This document shows, in pieces, positions 38,355 through 51,915 of a stretch of DNA of 64,000 nt; the stretch's first letter is position 1, and each line of letters begins with the position of its first letter. The stretch is from Octopus sinensis (taxonomy: Eukaryota), in the NCBI RefSeq assembly GCF_006345805.1, contig NC_043005.1:10974001-11038000 (forward strand), given 5' to 3'. Made by a program: the position numbers and the translations under genes. The notes below the pieces were generated by a model. It searched no databases. It was not told where the DNA came from and was given only the letters and a program-made list of their open reading frames with translations.

Positions 38355-38760
38355 ACCAAGTGCTGAAGAGAGTGCTGAAAGGGAACGTAAAATGGATCGT
38401 CTATAACGATATGAAGTGCAAAACAATCATGAGAGAAGCGCAGTAAGTCACAACAAACTGGACTTCACCCGAAGAAGGTTATGCTTCCAATTTGATGGCA
38501 TTGGAAACTATCGTCTTTTACGAGCTTCTTCCCACGGACAGGAACATCAATTCGGATGTGTACTGTGACCATTTGGGCAAATTAAATGTTGCGATCCACC
38601 GGAAGCGTCCAGCACTTGCTAACCGTAAGATCATTGACTTTCATCATGACAATACCAGACCGTTCACTTCTTAGCAGCCGCGGAAGTGGTTACCCGGGGC
38701 TTGGTTGGGAAGTTTTGCCATAGCCTCCATATTCATCCTTGAGATTACCATCTAGAAGAG
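38355..38760 (+). mobile_element. Degenerate mariner transposase fragment
   Basis: LKRVLKGNVKWIVY; GLHPKKVML; IVFYELLPTDRNINSDVYCDHL; FHHDNTRP; LGWEVLP*PPYS. Confidence 0.85.
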
Positions 38761-39098
38761 CTTTTCTTTGAGTAGGGAATAATAGCCCAGGACTGAACCG
38801 GTAATTTTATCATTGAGTGAAGAAAAGACAAATATTTTTTTTGTTTAAAACTTGTCTAATTTGACAACTAGTTGTCGCTGTTGTGGTTATTTACTAGCAG
38901 TAGCTGTTGTTGATGTTATTCTTATTTATTAGCTATTGCTCTTATTGTTTATGTTGTATAGGGTCTTGCTATGTTGTTGTTGTTACTGAAGCTGTTTAGT
39001 AACAGTTGTGAAAACCTCAAAAGAGCCAATACCATCTTGAAAAGGTAGGTACAACAAGAATAGACCTCAACAAGTTCAAACTGAGAAACTAGATACTC

Positions 39099-39461
39099 GG
39101 TCAGACACCACGGGTGAGCTACCGCAGTTTCACGTGAGCGGCTTGTAAATCGACCAATTAGCGTGAAGCTATTGCGTAATATGGCTTTCTCGAATGTTCT
39201 AAAATCTGACTTCTTATCCGGTCAGACACCACGGGTGAGCTACCGCAGTTTCACGTGAGCGGCCTGTAAATCGACCAATTAGCGTGAAGCTATTGCGTAA
39301 TATGGCTTTCTCGAATGTTCTAAAATCTGACTTCTTATCTGGTCAGACACCACGGGTGAGCTACCGCAGTTTCACGTGAGCGGCCTGTAAATCGACCAAT
39401 TAGCGTGAAGCTATTGCGTAATATGGCTTTCTCGAATGTTCTAAAATCTTACTTCTTATCC
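39099..39461. repeat. Tandem repeat, 3 x 121 bp
   Basis: Units start at 39099, 39220 and 39341; near-identical. Confidence 0.95.
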
Positions 39462-40824
39462 CCATTAAAAAAAACCGTATTTGGCGCTAAACTCGTCGTA
39501 GAATGCTGCAGGCGGCTGACTGATTCATGAGCCTTCTCTCTTGCCATGCAAAGGGCCATACAAACTACTGACGTCACAGATCACTTCGATCTGCACAGGT
39601 GATTTCGTGTAGTTTTTGACTGATCGCATGATGCCACACAACTTTCTGTACTTCCAGAGCAATTTTTCTTTCTATCCCATTTAGCAATTATTAATATAGT
39701 TCCATGTAAATAGCCAACACCAAATATCATTATGTCCAGCAATAAATATCGAGCGATGTATTCCTGAGTTTGCTTCAGTTATTATTCTCGCAGCCAGCAA
39801 CGACAACCACATGTGCGCCACATGATGTTAATGAAGCCATCAATTTCGCCAATGGCGGCGCATATTTCTGGAGTATATTTCCATTGATCGGATTCAACAA
39901 AAGCGTCAAGCAGCCCATCGCGACACCTTCAATCAGAAAGATTACATTATGGACAAACAAGACATCATTGAAAAGGCTGAAGTAATTAACAAGACAGCGA
40001 TTACAGAATAGGATGATGTCAAATTCTAAATAGACATGCAAAAGAAGGAAGCTATTCCATTGAAAGAAGAAACCAAACTGGATCGTCGAAAGTCTAATCT
40101 ATTGATTCCAAGCTCATTTAAACAGCACAGCATCAGAACAATAGACCAAAAGTCACGATGTTGAAACGTTACATAACAATGAGTGAAAGCTCTTTTGGAA
40201 ATCGGTGGTGAAACAATATGAAAATTGCAAATCAATTCCGAAAACTACAAAATATGATAAAGAAACAAAGCATAATAAAAAACTAAAAAAAAAAACAACC
40301 TAAATAGCGTCAGGAGGATAGAAGGAGCAGAATTATATAAAGAGGGGACACTAGAGAATAGGAATTTAAATTTAGTGAAGACGAAATAAAGATTAAAACC
40401 GAAATGAAAACATTAAGAATACATGGAACTCATAGGGAATGCTGATTATGGTTGTAGAGTGAGCAATGGTGTTCTAATAGCTACGTTCCAGTTAACAACT
40501 ATTTTGCCAAAGGGAAGCTACGACAAACTGCAATTTCTAGGCATTACCTCATTCAAATTAGAACGCGCAAACTGCTGAACAGAAATAAATTACCAGGGTA
40601 GATCGATATAAAAAAAAACGTACAATACGGAAATAAATACTAGAATTAATCTGATTGACCAAAAGCCTTGAAGGTGGTGTTTCAGCGTCTGAAACCAGTA
40701 AGACAATAAGAGAATAACCTCGTTTTTATTCCCCCAGTAGCGTGTATTTGCATTATATGATGTGTTTTTTCTAATTTTAAGGCGTTTGTGTACGATTATC
40801 TTTCTTGATTCCTTCCTATTTATA

Positions 40825-41053
40825 TATTTCTTTACTGCCCACAAGGGGCTTAAACAGAGCGGACAAACAAGGACAGACGAAGGTATTGAGTCGATTATAT
40901 CGCCCCCAGTGCGAAACTGGTACTTTATTTATCGACCCCGAAAGGATGAAAGGCAAAGTTGACCTCGGCGGAATTTGAACTCAGAACATAACGACAGACG
41001 AAATACCGCTAAGCATTTCACCCGATGCGCTAACGTGTCTGCCAGCTCGCCTT
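40825..41053 (-). mobile_element. SINE family A
   Basis: Consensus-like copy. Confidence 0.85.
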
Positions 41054-41351
41054 CCTATTTATAATCTGCCTGGACTAATCAGACTATCACAGTTAATGAA
41101 CTCAGTTTCACACGAAAAAAAAAAAATCCCACTTCTTCTTGTTCCTCAGCGCAACAATAATAGACACAGATCACGCTGATAATACTGTTCTGTTCGCAGA
41201 CATATCTCAGGGCTATTATTCTTCTACATGACCTTGAAAAAGCAGCACGAAATATTGGTCTGTATTGCTATGATTCAATAACTTAATACATCTGCTATAA
41301 CAGCGATGAGTCATTAAGAATAGTCAAGCAAAATCCCTAAATGAAGTTACT

Positions 41352-41762
41352 CTCTTTTTCTCTTTTACTTGTTTCAGTCATTTGATTGCGGCCATGCTGG
41401 AGAACCGCCTTTAGTCGAGCAAATCGACCCCATGACTTATTCTTTGTAAGCCTAGTACTTATTGTCTCGGTCTCTTTTGCCGAACCGCTAAGTTACTGGG
41501 ACATAAACACACCAGTATCGGTTGTCAAGCGTTGTTGGGGGGGGGGACAAACACAGACACACAAACACACACACACACATATATATATACATATACATAT
41601 ATACGACGGGCTTCTTTCAGTTTCCGTCTACCAAATCCACTCACAAGTCTTTGGTTGGCCCGAGGCTATAGTAGAAGACACTTGCCCAAGGTGCTACGCA
41701 GTGGGACTGAACTCGGAACCATGTGGTTGGTAAGCAAGCTACTTACCACACAGCCACTTCTG
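41352..41762 (-). mobile_element. SINE family B
   Basis: Full copy with internal microsatellite. Confidence 0.9.
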
Positions 41763-41879
41763 TGCCTGGTTGTAGACTTCTGTGTGTATTTAGGAAGTAA
41801 CAATGTATTTAAAGAAAAGAATGTGCAAAATTGGTCGTCTTCTCTGTTGAATGATCTTTTGAAAAGCCTTTTCCTTGCT

Positions 41880-42260
41880 CTGTGGATTCATTGCTATTGT
41901 ATAAATCCACTGTATGGACACTAACCAAACAGCCGGAGGTAAGGCTTGGTGATGCTTTATATCCGCAAATTACGGGCCGTTATAAATATCTAGAGGTGAA
42001 AACATCTGGCCAAACAAAGATTGGCATCTTCACGCAATCACGGATGCCGTTGGAAAGAGGCAGATGCATTTTGTTGAACCCTGTTGGAGAGCTAAGTAAG
42101 AGCTCATTAGTGATCCATTCTTATGGACGCCTCAACACAGATTTACATGGGCTGGTCGTCAACCAACTCTGTACAGACTTGAGATGTTGTCTTATTGGCC
42201 CTCATTACAATATGTTGGACCATTTTAGGTGGTATGTTCTAGTTGGAGAAATCCAAGCAA
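41880..42260 (+). mobile_element. Degenerate RTE/RTE-X LINE 3' coding fragment
   Basis: VDSLLLYKSTVWTLTKQ (cf. VES.LLYG.ETWTLTK) and KRQMHFVEPCWRAK*ELISDPFLWTPQH. Confidence 0.7.
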
Positions 42261-42587
42261 ACAATGCCAGATAATGACGATGAGGGTGTGATATTAGGAA
42301 GGCTTATCTGCCATTCCTATTAACTTCAGCGGGTACATCGAGGCACCATTCTCGGATCGTACGTATTAGTGCATTGCAGTGCAATAATTTAGATAGTGTA
42401 ATACTCTATAATATATTTTGAAGTGTCCTCTAAGGTGGTGCAGCCAGTGGTGTAGCAAGGATTCTCAACGTTAGGGTGTAGACACACTTTTAGCACATTC
42501 ACCTTAATTAATAAATATGATGAACCTGAGGAAATTTTGCACCTCTCCTCACCTATGTTCTATGTCAACTGTCTTCATACCGCCATT

Positions 42588-42968
42588 CATAGGAGCACTC
42601 CGTCGGTTACGACGATGAGGGTCCCAGCTGATACGATCAACGGAACAGCTTGCTCGTGGAATTAACGTGCAAGTGGCTGAGGACTCCACAGACACGTGCA
42701 CCCTTAACGTAGTTCTCGAGGAGATTCAGCGTGACACAGAGTGTGACAAGGCCGGCCCTTTGAAATACAGGTACAACAGAAACAGGAAGAAAGAGTGAGA
42801 GAAAGTTGTGGTGAAAGAGTACAGCAGGGTTCACCACCATCCCCTGCAGGAGCCTCGTGAATCTTTAGGTGGTTTCGCTCAATAAACACTCACGATGCCC
42901 GGTCTGGGAATCGAAACCGCGATCCTACGACCGCGAGCCCGCTGCCCTAACCACTGGGCCATTGCGCC
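42588..42968 (-). mobile_element. SINE family C (tRNA-Arg-like head by inference)
   Basis: TSD tcataccgccatt (42575-42587, 42969-42981). A related empty-site sequence occurs near 59580-59690. Confidence 0.9.
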
Positions 42969-43429
42969 TCATACCGCCATTAACTAACTTCTGAATGTAG
43001 TAGCTATATGTACCTGTCTGACAGAAATAGACGAGTCTAATCAGCTGACATGATGTGAAGCTACCCACATCATTGTTATTGTTGTTTACTGTCAGGTCAA
43101 CATTCATTGAGAAAAACTATGTTTAAAGACGTTCCTCTTATGACCATCTTTTGCATATGACCTCTTTTGCATATCAAGGACTGCATTAGCCAATGTAGTT
43201 TTATTTTAAAGACGGTAGTTGAGTGATTTCATGAATACTAAGCCGTTATTTTTAGCAGATAACGAAGAGGCTTCTTCATTAATTCATGATGTTGATGCTG
43301 TTGCTGTTGCTGTTATTTTCGATCTCTGGAGATTTTCTTTAGAAATTGTGTAAGTCAACGTTTATAAAAACTGGTGGCAAAATATGCAGATTTCTTCTGC
43401 CATGTTTGACGTGTTAACACACACATATG

Positions 43430-43435
43430 CGCACA

Positions 43436-43534
<99 letters not shown>

Positions 43535-43751
43535 GTCTACGTATGGTTTTGTGTGCGTGTGTGTGTCTATGCTTGTACATATACAACATATATACATATA
43601 CATATACATATACATACATATATATATATATATTATATATATATATATGGCCACAGCTCGTAAGCTGAAACTAGATAAAATTAAAAAAATAAATATATAT
43701 ATATATATATATATGCATATGTGCATGTATATACATATATATGTATTTATG

Positions 43752-43782
<31 letters not shown>

Positions 43783-43821
43783 TATATATATATATACACA
43801 CATATACGTGCATATATATAC

Positions 43822-43872
<51 letters not shown>

Positions 43873-43910
43873 TATATGTGTATATACATATATATATATA
43901 TGTGTGTGTG
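43430..43910. repeat. Compound (CA)n/(TA)n microsatellite
   Basis: Direct inspection. Confidence 0.95.
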
Positions 43911-44336
43911 GGTGTATGTACACACTCATGTACACACATACATGCTCGGAGGCACATACATATTGTGTACGATATATTCAGAGTGAAGTGATTATCTAAA
44001 CTGATTGAATACGGCATGTAAAGTGATTTAAAAGCATCTATATTAAATATTTAGAGAATACGTGTTGCAAGAATATTTTAATGGAACTGCTTAAAAAATA
44101 TTTAGAATAAATAGAAAACACATCTGTATCTTCATTATATAATATTTTCCTAACTGTATAAGAATTCCTTCCTCTCCTCAATAAGCTAAATTCAAAGTAA
44201 GCTGTCATATTTATTGCAGATCGGCTTGGTTAGAAGAACGTGAACACCTCTAGTTGTGTTTATATTGGTATTTGGGGCTTCGTCGAAGATCAAACCTGAT
44301 CGAACAGACTAATGATCAAAAGTGTTGATCATAAGA

Positions 44337-44548
44337 CGCAGGAGTGGCTGTGTGGTAAGTAGCTTGCTTACCAGCAACATGGTTCCGGGTTCAGTCCCAC
44401 TGTGTGGCACCTTGGCTTGGGCAAGTGTCTTCTACTATAGCTTCGGGCCGACCAAAGCTTTGTGAGTGGATTTGGTTAACGGAAACTGAAAGAAGCCCGT
44501 CGTATATATGTATATGTATGTATGTATATGTATGTATGTATGTATATA

Positions 44549-44629
<81 letters not shown>

Positions 44630-44842
44630 GTTTGTATCTGTGTTTCTCCCCCCCGACATCCCTTGACAACCGATGCTGGTGTCTTTACGTCCCCGTAACT
44701 TAGAGGTTCGGCAAAAGAGACCGATAGAACAAGTACTAGGCTTACAAAGAATAAGTCCTGGGGGGTCGATTTGCTCGACTAAAAGCGGTGCTCCAGCATG
44801 GCCACAGTCAAATGACTGAAACAAGTAAAAGAGTAAAAGAGT
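44337..44842 (+). mobile_element. SINE family B with expanded internal (TATG)n(TA)n(TG)n
   Basis: Full head, body and tail. Confidence 0.9.
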
Positions 44843-45378
44843 TGTGACAATACTGCCATTTCTGTCTTGTTTTGTTTTGCTAGGTTCAGATACCAAATGT
44901 GTTGAATTTCTATAATTAGGAAAAAAAAAACAAAAACAAAAACAAAAAAACTCTAGAAAGCGTTTCTCCTTGTTGCTTAGCTCAAGGTTAACATTGAGTA
45001 AACCTATGTTCAAAGATCAGCCGTAACAATCCTGTCCATTTTCCTTTTTAGCTGAATTTAGGACACCAATTTTACTGGAATCTTCCAGCAACCGGAAGGA
45101 AGCAGTAGAACGCGTTCCCAAGATTTTATCGTTGTTTAGATCAAGGTCAACATTGATGGAGCAAAGGGCGCTCCAGCCTTGACAATACAGTCTACTTTCT
45201 TTTCCAGTGCTGGATTAAGTTGGATTAAGCTACCAAAGTTATTGAATTCCAACAACCGAAAGGAAGAAAGTGTTCTTATTTTTGCTGTTCAGGTGTTTCC
45301 CAAGATCAAACCCTGATCGAGCCGATACATGATCAACGGCGTTTCCGTTTCAGCTGTGATACTTCCGTCTGTTTAGCT

Positions 45379-45759
45379 TGTAGCGGCACAAGCAGCCAGC
45401 GCCATATTGGATGAGACCTCGCGGCAGCCATTGCCATCATCGAGATTGGAGCGAGACCTCACCTGCATCAATTTTGCCATGCGCCAGATCACAACGAGGT
45501 TCGCGATGGAAAACTATATAAAGGGTAAACCGATTCAGACCTGTCTTTTTTGGCGCCACCTTCACAGAAGCACTGGCTGAACACCACCAGTGGAAGATGC
45601 TTTCTGCCTGTCTATCTCCAGAGGCAATGCGCCCACACTGACGGAGCTTAAGATGGTAGCTGAGAGCAGCACACTTCACTTTTCCTGTAAATAAACCAGT
45701 TGTAAATATCAGTTGTACTTGAAGTCTTTTTTCTTCGCCTGACGGAAGCCTAAACTACG
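45379..45759 (+). mobile_element. Possible solo LTR
   Basis: TGTAG...CTAC(G) ends, internal tatataaagg, AATAAA about 65 bp from the end; flanks tagct / taacg match only 3/5. Confidence 0.4.
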
Positions 45760-45842
45760 TAACGAACAAGAAAATGATGGAAGGAGACGATATTCCTCCG
45801 ATATCGTAATACTTGCCTCCTATTATTAAAAGCTCAAAGCTG

Positions 45843-46271
45843 GGATCTTTCGGTTTGAACGGCAGTTTTTAACATAATTTCTAGGTAACTAAAACATTTT
45901 AAACTTCGTATAATGGTAGATTGTGTTTATAAAACATCTTTTTCTCTTGGCTTTATTGAGAAAATTCTATAGTTTTTAAGATATTTGTTGTTTTTTCTTC
46001 AATTTCTGCAATTTCAACCAATCACTGACATCCATTGAAGTAAAAAGCATTCTGTGCCGTATGAATATGTCCCTCGTTTAAGAAACAGATTGGGTTTATT
46101 TACATTTCTGAAGAAAAAAGATACCCTTCCCCTCACCCCTAACCCTAACCCTAACTAACCCTAACCCTAAAAGAGATTGAAATGCAATAGATCGATACTA
46201 GGGTCATAATTATGGGTGACAATTTCATATGACACCGCTAGAAAAAACTGCCGTTCAAACCGAAAAGACCC
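45843..46271. mobile_element. MITE, inverted copy of the 21607-22047 family
   Basis: Perfect 8-bp TSD caaagctg (45835-45842, 46272-46279); internal (CCCTAA)n. Confidence 0.88.
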
Positions 46272-46699
46272 CAAAGCTGACTTGAGATATCAAGCGTGTT
46301 ATATTTCGACAGCTGGGAGGAAGCTGTAGAAAGCATCATCAGCGAAATTGTAATTGTTGTTCATCTCTACATCGACACGCTTCGAAAAGATTTTTAGTGA
46401 AAGGAAACTGGTGGTTCCATCCGTGGACATCCTGTCTCATTCTCTTTTAAATGGTTTTAGATAAAAAGAAAACGAAGATACATTGAATAACGTAGTCTCA
46501 GTTATATTATACTTAAAAATATAAGACGGGATAGTCATGGCTGGAATGCTTTGTTAATAGCTCTGTTATTTTTTTTCTGGTGTGTCTTGGCGCTCAACAA
46601 TAACGACAGCAATAACAACAATAACAACAATAACAACAATCGTTTAACAGTCTTTCAACGCAAGCTTCCTCGATCGACATATCCAAGTTGTAGCTGTTG

Positions 46700-47210
46700 T
46701 TGTTGTTGTTGTTCTTCTTCTTCTTCTTCTTTCAATCAGGACTTATGCCATTAGCCACAAAGAATAATCTCTAATTCGAGCCTACTCTAAGCTACTAAGA
46801 GTGCGTGTGGCAACTTGAAGACCCCACTACCATACGTCATAGACTGGCGGTTGCACGGGCGCGAAAGCTACGTTGTTATCCTCATTCCGTAAACGGTAGC
46901 TTTTATTGGGTGGAGAGCTGAACCATCCTGGGGTACAGAGGATTTGCAATCTAGACTAGGGTCTGAAAGTTTACCACACCATACTGGGTTACACCATGGT
47001 TCCTCTGCTTTGTGGCACAGGTAGGAAGAAAGAGTGAGAGAAAGTTGTGGTGAAAGAATACAGCGGGGTTCACTATCCCCACCCGGCCGGGGCCTCGTGG
47101 AGCTTAGGTGTTTTTGCTCAATAAACACTCACAACGCTCCGTCTGGGAATCGAAACCGCGTTTTTACGACCACGAGTCCGCTGCCCTAACCACTGTGCCA
47201 TTGCGCTTCG
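46700..47210 (-). mobile_element. SINE family C head and body with a third, unrelated tail ending in (GAA)n(CAA)n
   Basis: Homology to family C stops after ctcactctttcttcct; about 330 bp of different sequence follows, then a simple-repeat tail. Confidence 0.6.
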
Positions 47211-47263
47211 ATAAAATAAGTATCAATTATGTACTGGGGTCGATGTAATCGACGAGTACTACT

Positions 47264-47322
<59 letters not shown>

Positions 47323-47949
47323 CACCATCACCAGATGTCAGACCATGAACCTATATCAGAGAAGATAGTCACCGTTGTTCATTTGTAGGTTACTATCGAT
47401 CAAGTAAGTCTTATGATCAAAGTTATTGCAGTTGTAACCATTCTGTCTTTTTCGTACACCAAAAACTACCGTGTTTAATGTATCATCACCTATTTTTTTT
47501 AGGACGGTAGAGTTATAATTTGAGGGAGCTTTGACTCGGTAGAGTCACCTTAAAGATGCTCCCTCTGTTATGTATGTGTATCCTGAACTTGGCTACATAA
47601 GCGTAATTTCAAGCAGCATAGTAATTATCAGAATCTTCTCAATGATATGCTAAAGCGTAGCTATAGCTAGCTGCAGCTATAATTCTGCTATATTCTATTC
47701 TCTTTTAAACTCGGAAGCTTAATGATACTTCTACGCTGAAAATTTGCAAAATGTGATGCAAAAATAATAAGGGTGTTATTTATTCGAAATTCTGTAAAAT
47801 CTTGAAATCTCAATAATCATAGAAAATTACGCGTGTTCTCTTAGAAATCAACCATTTCGACTTTCTGGCGCGAAAACTACTTTCACTTATGCATGCATAT
47901 ATATACGTTAATGTATACATGCGTACATAGTTACATATAAACATACGTT

Positions 47950-48400
47950 CATGTGTACAAAAGTACAAACATATTCACACACACATACAAACATACTTAC
48001 ATACATACGTGCATACATACATACTTACATACAGATGCACATACATACAAACATACTTGCATATATAGATACTTATATACATACATTCATACGTACATGC
48101 ATTCATGGATGCATGCATACATACTTACATACATAAGTACGCATATACATACATACATGCATACATACATACATACATCTATACATACATACATCTATAC
48201 ATCTATACATACATACATACATCATACATACATACATACATACATACATACATACATACATACATACATACATACATACATACATACACATACATACATA
48301 CATACATACACACACACATACATACATACATACATACATACATACATACATACATACATACATACATACATACATACTACATACATACATACATGCGAAC
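47950..48400. repeat. (TACA)n microsatellite
   Basis: Direct inspection. Confidence 0.95.
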
Positions 48401-48677
48401 ATCAATACATACAAAATGATGAACCGATAGATTTACCTGCTTATATTTTGGAGATTTTAAGATTCTCACTCCACTCAGCAAGAAACCGTTTTTCAACCGC
48501 TTTATATCTTCTCTGGTTTATACTCCATGTATATTTTCCTTCAGCAAAACAGTTAAATTCGAAGAAACCAGGGATGCTTTGTGTCGGAAAATAATAATAA
48601 AAAAAAAATTCTCACTTAGAATTCGTACTTGGAAGTTAAGGGACATAATCAAAAGAACCTAACTAAATGATATCAAC

Positions 48678-48887
48678 TTTACTCTTGTACTTGTTTCAGT
48701 CGTTTGACTGCGGCCATGCTGGAGCACTGCCTTTAGTCGAGCAACTCGACCCCGGGACTTATTCTTTGTAAGCCCAGTACTTATTCTATCATTCTCTTTT
48801 GCTGAACCGCTAAGTGACGGGGACATAAGCACATCAGCATCGGTTGTCAGGCAATGCTAGGGGGACAAACACAGGCACACAAACACA

Positions 48888-48945
<58 letters not shown>

Positions 48946-49120
48946 ATATACATATATACGACGAGCTTCTTTCAGTTTCCGTCTACCAAATCCACTCACA
49001 AGGCTTTGGTCGGCCCGAGGTTATATTAGAAGACACTTGTCCAAGGTGCCACGCAGTGGGACTGAACCCGGAACCAGGTGGTTGGTAAGCAAGCTACTTA
49101 CCACACAGCCACTCCTGCGT
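48678..49120 (-). mobile_element. SINE family B
   Basis: Full copy. Confidence 0.9.
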
Positions 49121-51915
49121 CTATTAACATTTAATCTCGTACTTCATCACTGTGATCAAGGAGCCTCTACATATTTACTCCACCTGATAGAAATAGCAGT
49201 CAGATTAAAATACATTTTATGACGCGAGGAAGATAAATATAATGTTTCGGAACAGAATACTTTGTCAGAGAAAAATGTTTACTAATGTTTACTAATAGTG
49301 TTGTATAAACGAATCAGTTCTAACAGGTCTTTTGTGAGTTACTGTTGACCATGTATTTACACATATATGTGGAGGCTTAGGAAAGGGGATTATTTTTGAG
49401 GAAGAATAGCAGTTGTCGATGCATACAGGTCTTCTTTCTTCATACCGCCAACGTTTAGAGAGGGGTCACCGACTTGCGTTGATACAGATTGGCACCTGTA
49501 CCGTCATAAGCGTTGTTGTCAGGACACAAAGAGCAAGAATAGATACTACAAAGATCTTGACCGATTCTTTAACAACTCTGATAATCCACCAACTTGGATT
49601 GATATTATTTTATCATCCTCGAAACGAAGAGAAACAAAGTTGACCCCGGCGGGATTTGAACTCAGGCTGCAGATAGTCATAACAACACTTCCAGGCATTC
49701 TGCCCAATTCTCTGTCGACTCTGTTAGTTCGCCGCCTTTATCATTACAAGACATGCTAAATAAACCGAGCAGTATATAAATATTTCTGGCTCTGAGGAAA
49801 ATTTCTGCCAGAAGCGTTCGACATCTCTTCTTCACCGCACGCTAATTATTTTAAAATGTTTTATCGATTTATTTTTTGTACAATTAATTTCATTTATGTG
49901 TATTCCAATATGACATTAAGTGATGCGAGAAAGCTCTTAGTAGATATACGATAGTATGTTTACAAAAATAAATCACCGTGTTTAATTACTTATAGTTTTT
50001 AAATGCATGAAAAACAATAGTTAAGTTAGTGCTATCATATTTTACGTAATGATTATGATAAATGCAATTAGAACAAATTATGTGGTCAAGTAAAGACAAC
50101 ATTAACTCAAAAATTTATATAATTCTAATAATTTCAATAATTAAGCGAGACAATTTAAGACATGATTTGGTTTTGTGATGTGCTAGATTTTTTTCTCTTT
50201 AGATTTTTCTTTACATCTATTTTTCTCACTCCGGCGGCTAAGACATGATTTTTGTTTCTTCGTATTTGTTTTACATAGGTATCAATTGGCAGCGATCTTG
50301 ACATTGCGTTTTCCCCACGAGGCTTAGTTACTTCCTATGGGCCGGTTTATAGACCCCTCGAATCTGAAATGAAGAAGTTATCGAAGACTAGACATCAGGT
50401 TCAAATGTTGGTAACAGAGTAGGCTCAACTAAAGGTGACAAAAACAGTGGTTGTCTCAAACAAGATAACGGATTAAAATCATCACACGTGTAAACCGTAT
50501 ACCTGTTTCTAAAACTTTTGTCTGAAAAGCGAGATTTTTGAACACGCAATGAAATGTATCATATTATAAAAACGATGCTATCCAAGCACAGATATTACTC
50601 TGGCAAAGATATTAATGCATTGTTGCAGTTTTTGTATTTTTAAACGGTCGACAGAAACTGTGCGGAAACGAATCAGAAAACTAGTTCTTTTGTGTGTGTG
50701 TGTGTGTGTGTGTGTAGGGGATGGTCAGCTTAATCCGTCATCCGATTTAGCACCATTACCTGGCCCTTTCGCACCTTTAGCGCAGTTCCTCCTGATGCAA
50801 GCATCAGCGCTGAACATACGGTTTGAGGATATCTTGAACCCAACTTCCTACCAAGGTCAGAGACCTTGAGAAAGGAGTCTGGGGCTTCCGTTGCACTTCT
50901 AATTAAAAGGTTAAAAAGCATAATAAATAAATAAATAAATAAATAAATAGATAACAAGAAAGCAGCTTTTATTAGTAAAGACATTCACGAAGATTTTGCT
51001 TCCGAAGTGACACTCGAAGTATCACTAATAACAAGTGAACCAGTGGTATGTTTAATGAGTGATGGCTCGAGATAATTGTAATTGCTAGCAGAAGCCAATA
51101 GATACAGATGTGTTGATTTCTAATTTTTCGGGGAAAGGTGACGAAATCCAGGGGAAACGGCGTATCCCCTTGTATAGATCCCAGTTATTCCCATATGCTA
51201 CAAGCACAAGTATCTACTTTTATCGATATCAGCTCTGGTTAGGCGGAATTCGTACTTAACTGTTAAGAAGCGTAACCAAAAGAGCCTATCTATGTAAATG
51301 CTATTAAGTATTGGTTTCAAGATTTGGCACAAGGCCAGCAATTTGGAGGAGAAAACATTGACCCCAGTGTTCCACTGGTACTTATTTCATCAACCCCGAA
51401 AGGATGAAAGGCAAAGTCGACCTCGGCGCAAATTGGACGCAGAACGAAAAAACTGACGAATTGTTGCTAAGCATTTTGTCCGATGCGGTAACAATTCTAT
51501 CAGCTCTCCTTCTCAAATGCTTTTAAGTATTAACATTCAATCCGGCACTTCACCACTGTGTGCAAGGAGTCTCTACACGCTTACTCCACCTGCTAGAAAT
51601 AGTAAAATCATACTCAAATAATGCCCCAAGCTCTTAAAAATGAAGCTAACGCCTGACAACTTAGTCCTGGTTGCACTGTGCAACCAGGACCGTGTTATCT
51701 TTTGATCGTAGTTCTAAGTTCTGCTCAAGCTAGTATGGGTCGTTCGCCGACACTTTGCTTCTAATGCAACCCACAAACAGGGATCAATCTTCTCTTCAAC
51801 TTTATCTTCAGCCTAATCCTCAGTCAATGTACCCTATTTCACAAAGCCTTAATACAGACAGTGATTGCTATCCATTCCCACCTTCTTCGTTCCTTCGACC
51901 ATTTCTGTTTGCTTA

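Noticed and set aside
39099-39461. CRISPR-like array
   Set aside because: Contiguous identical 121-bp units with no unique spacers, in a eukaryotic context.
39820-39900. DVNEAINFAN resembling an aldehyde dehydrogenase motif
   Set aside because: No further ALDH residues, no splice support, and the frame closes quickly.
41386-41924. Recurrent ORFs such as ...RRASFSFRLPNPLT... and ...RKDERQSRPRRNLNSER...
   Set aside because: Frames through SINE families A and B, repeated at many loci; not genes.
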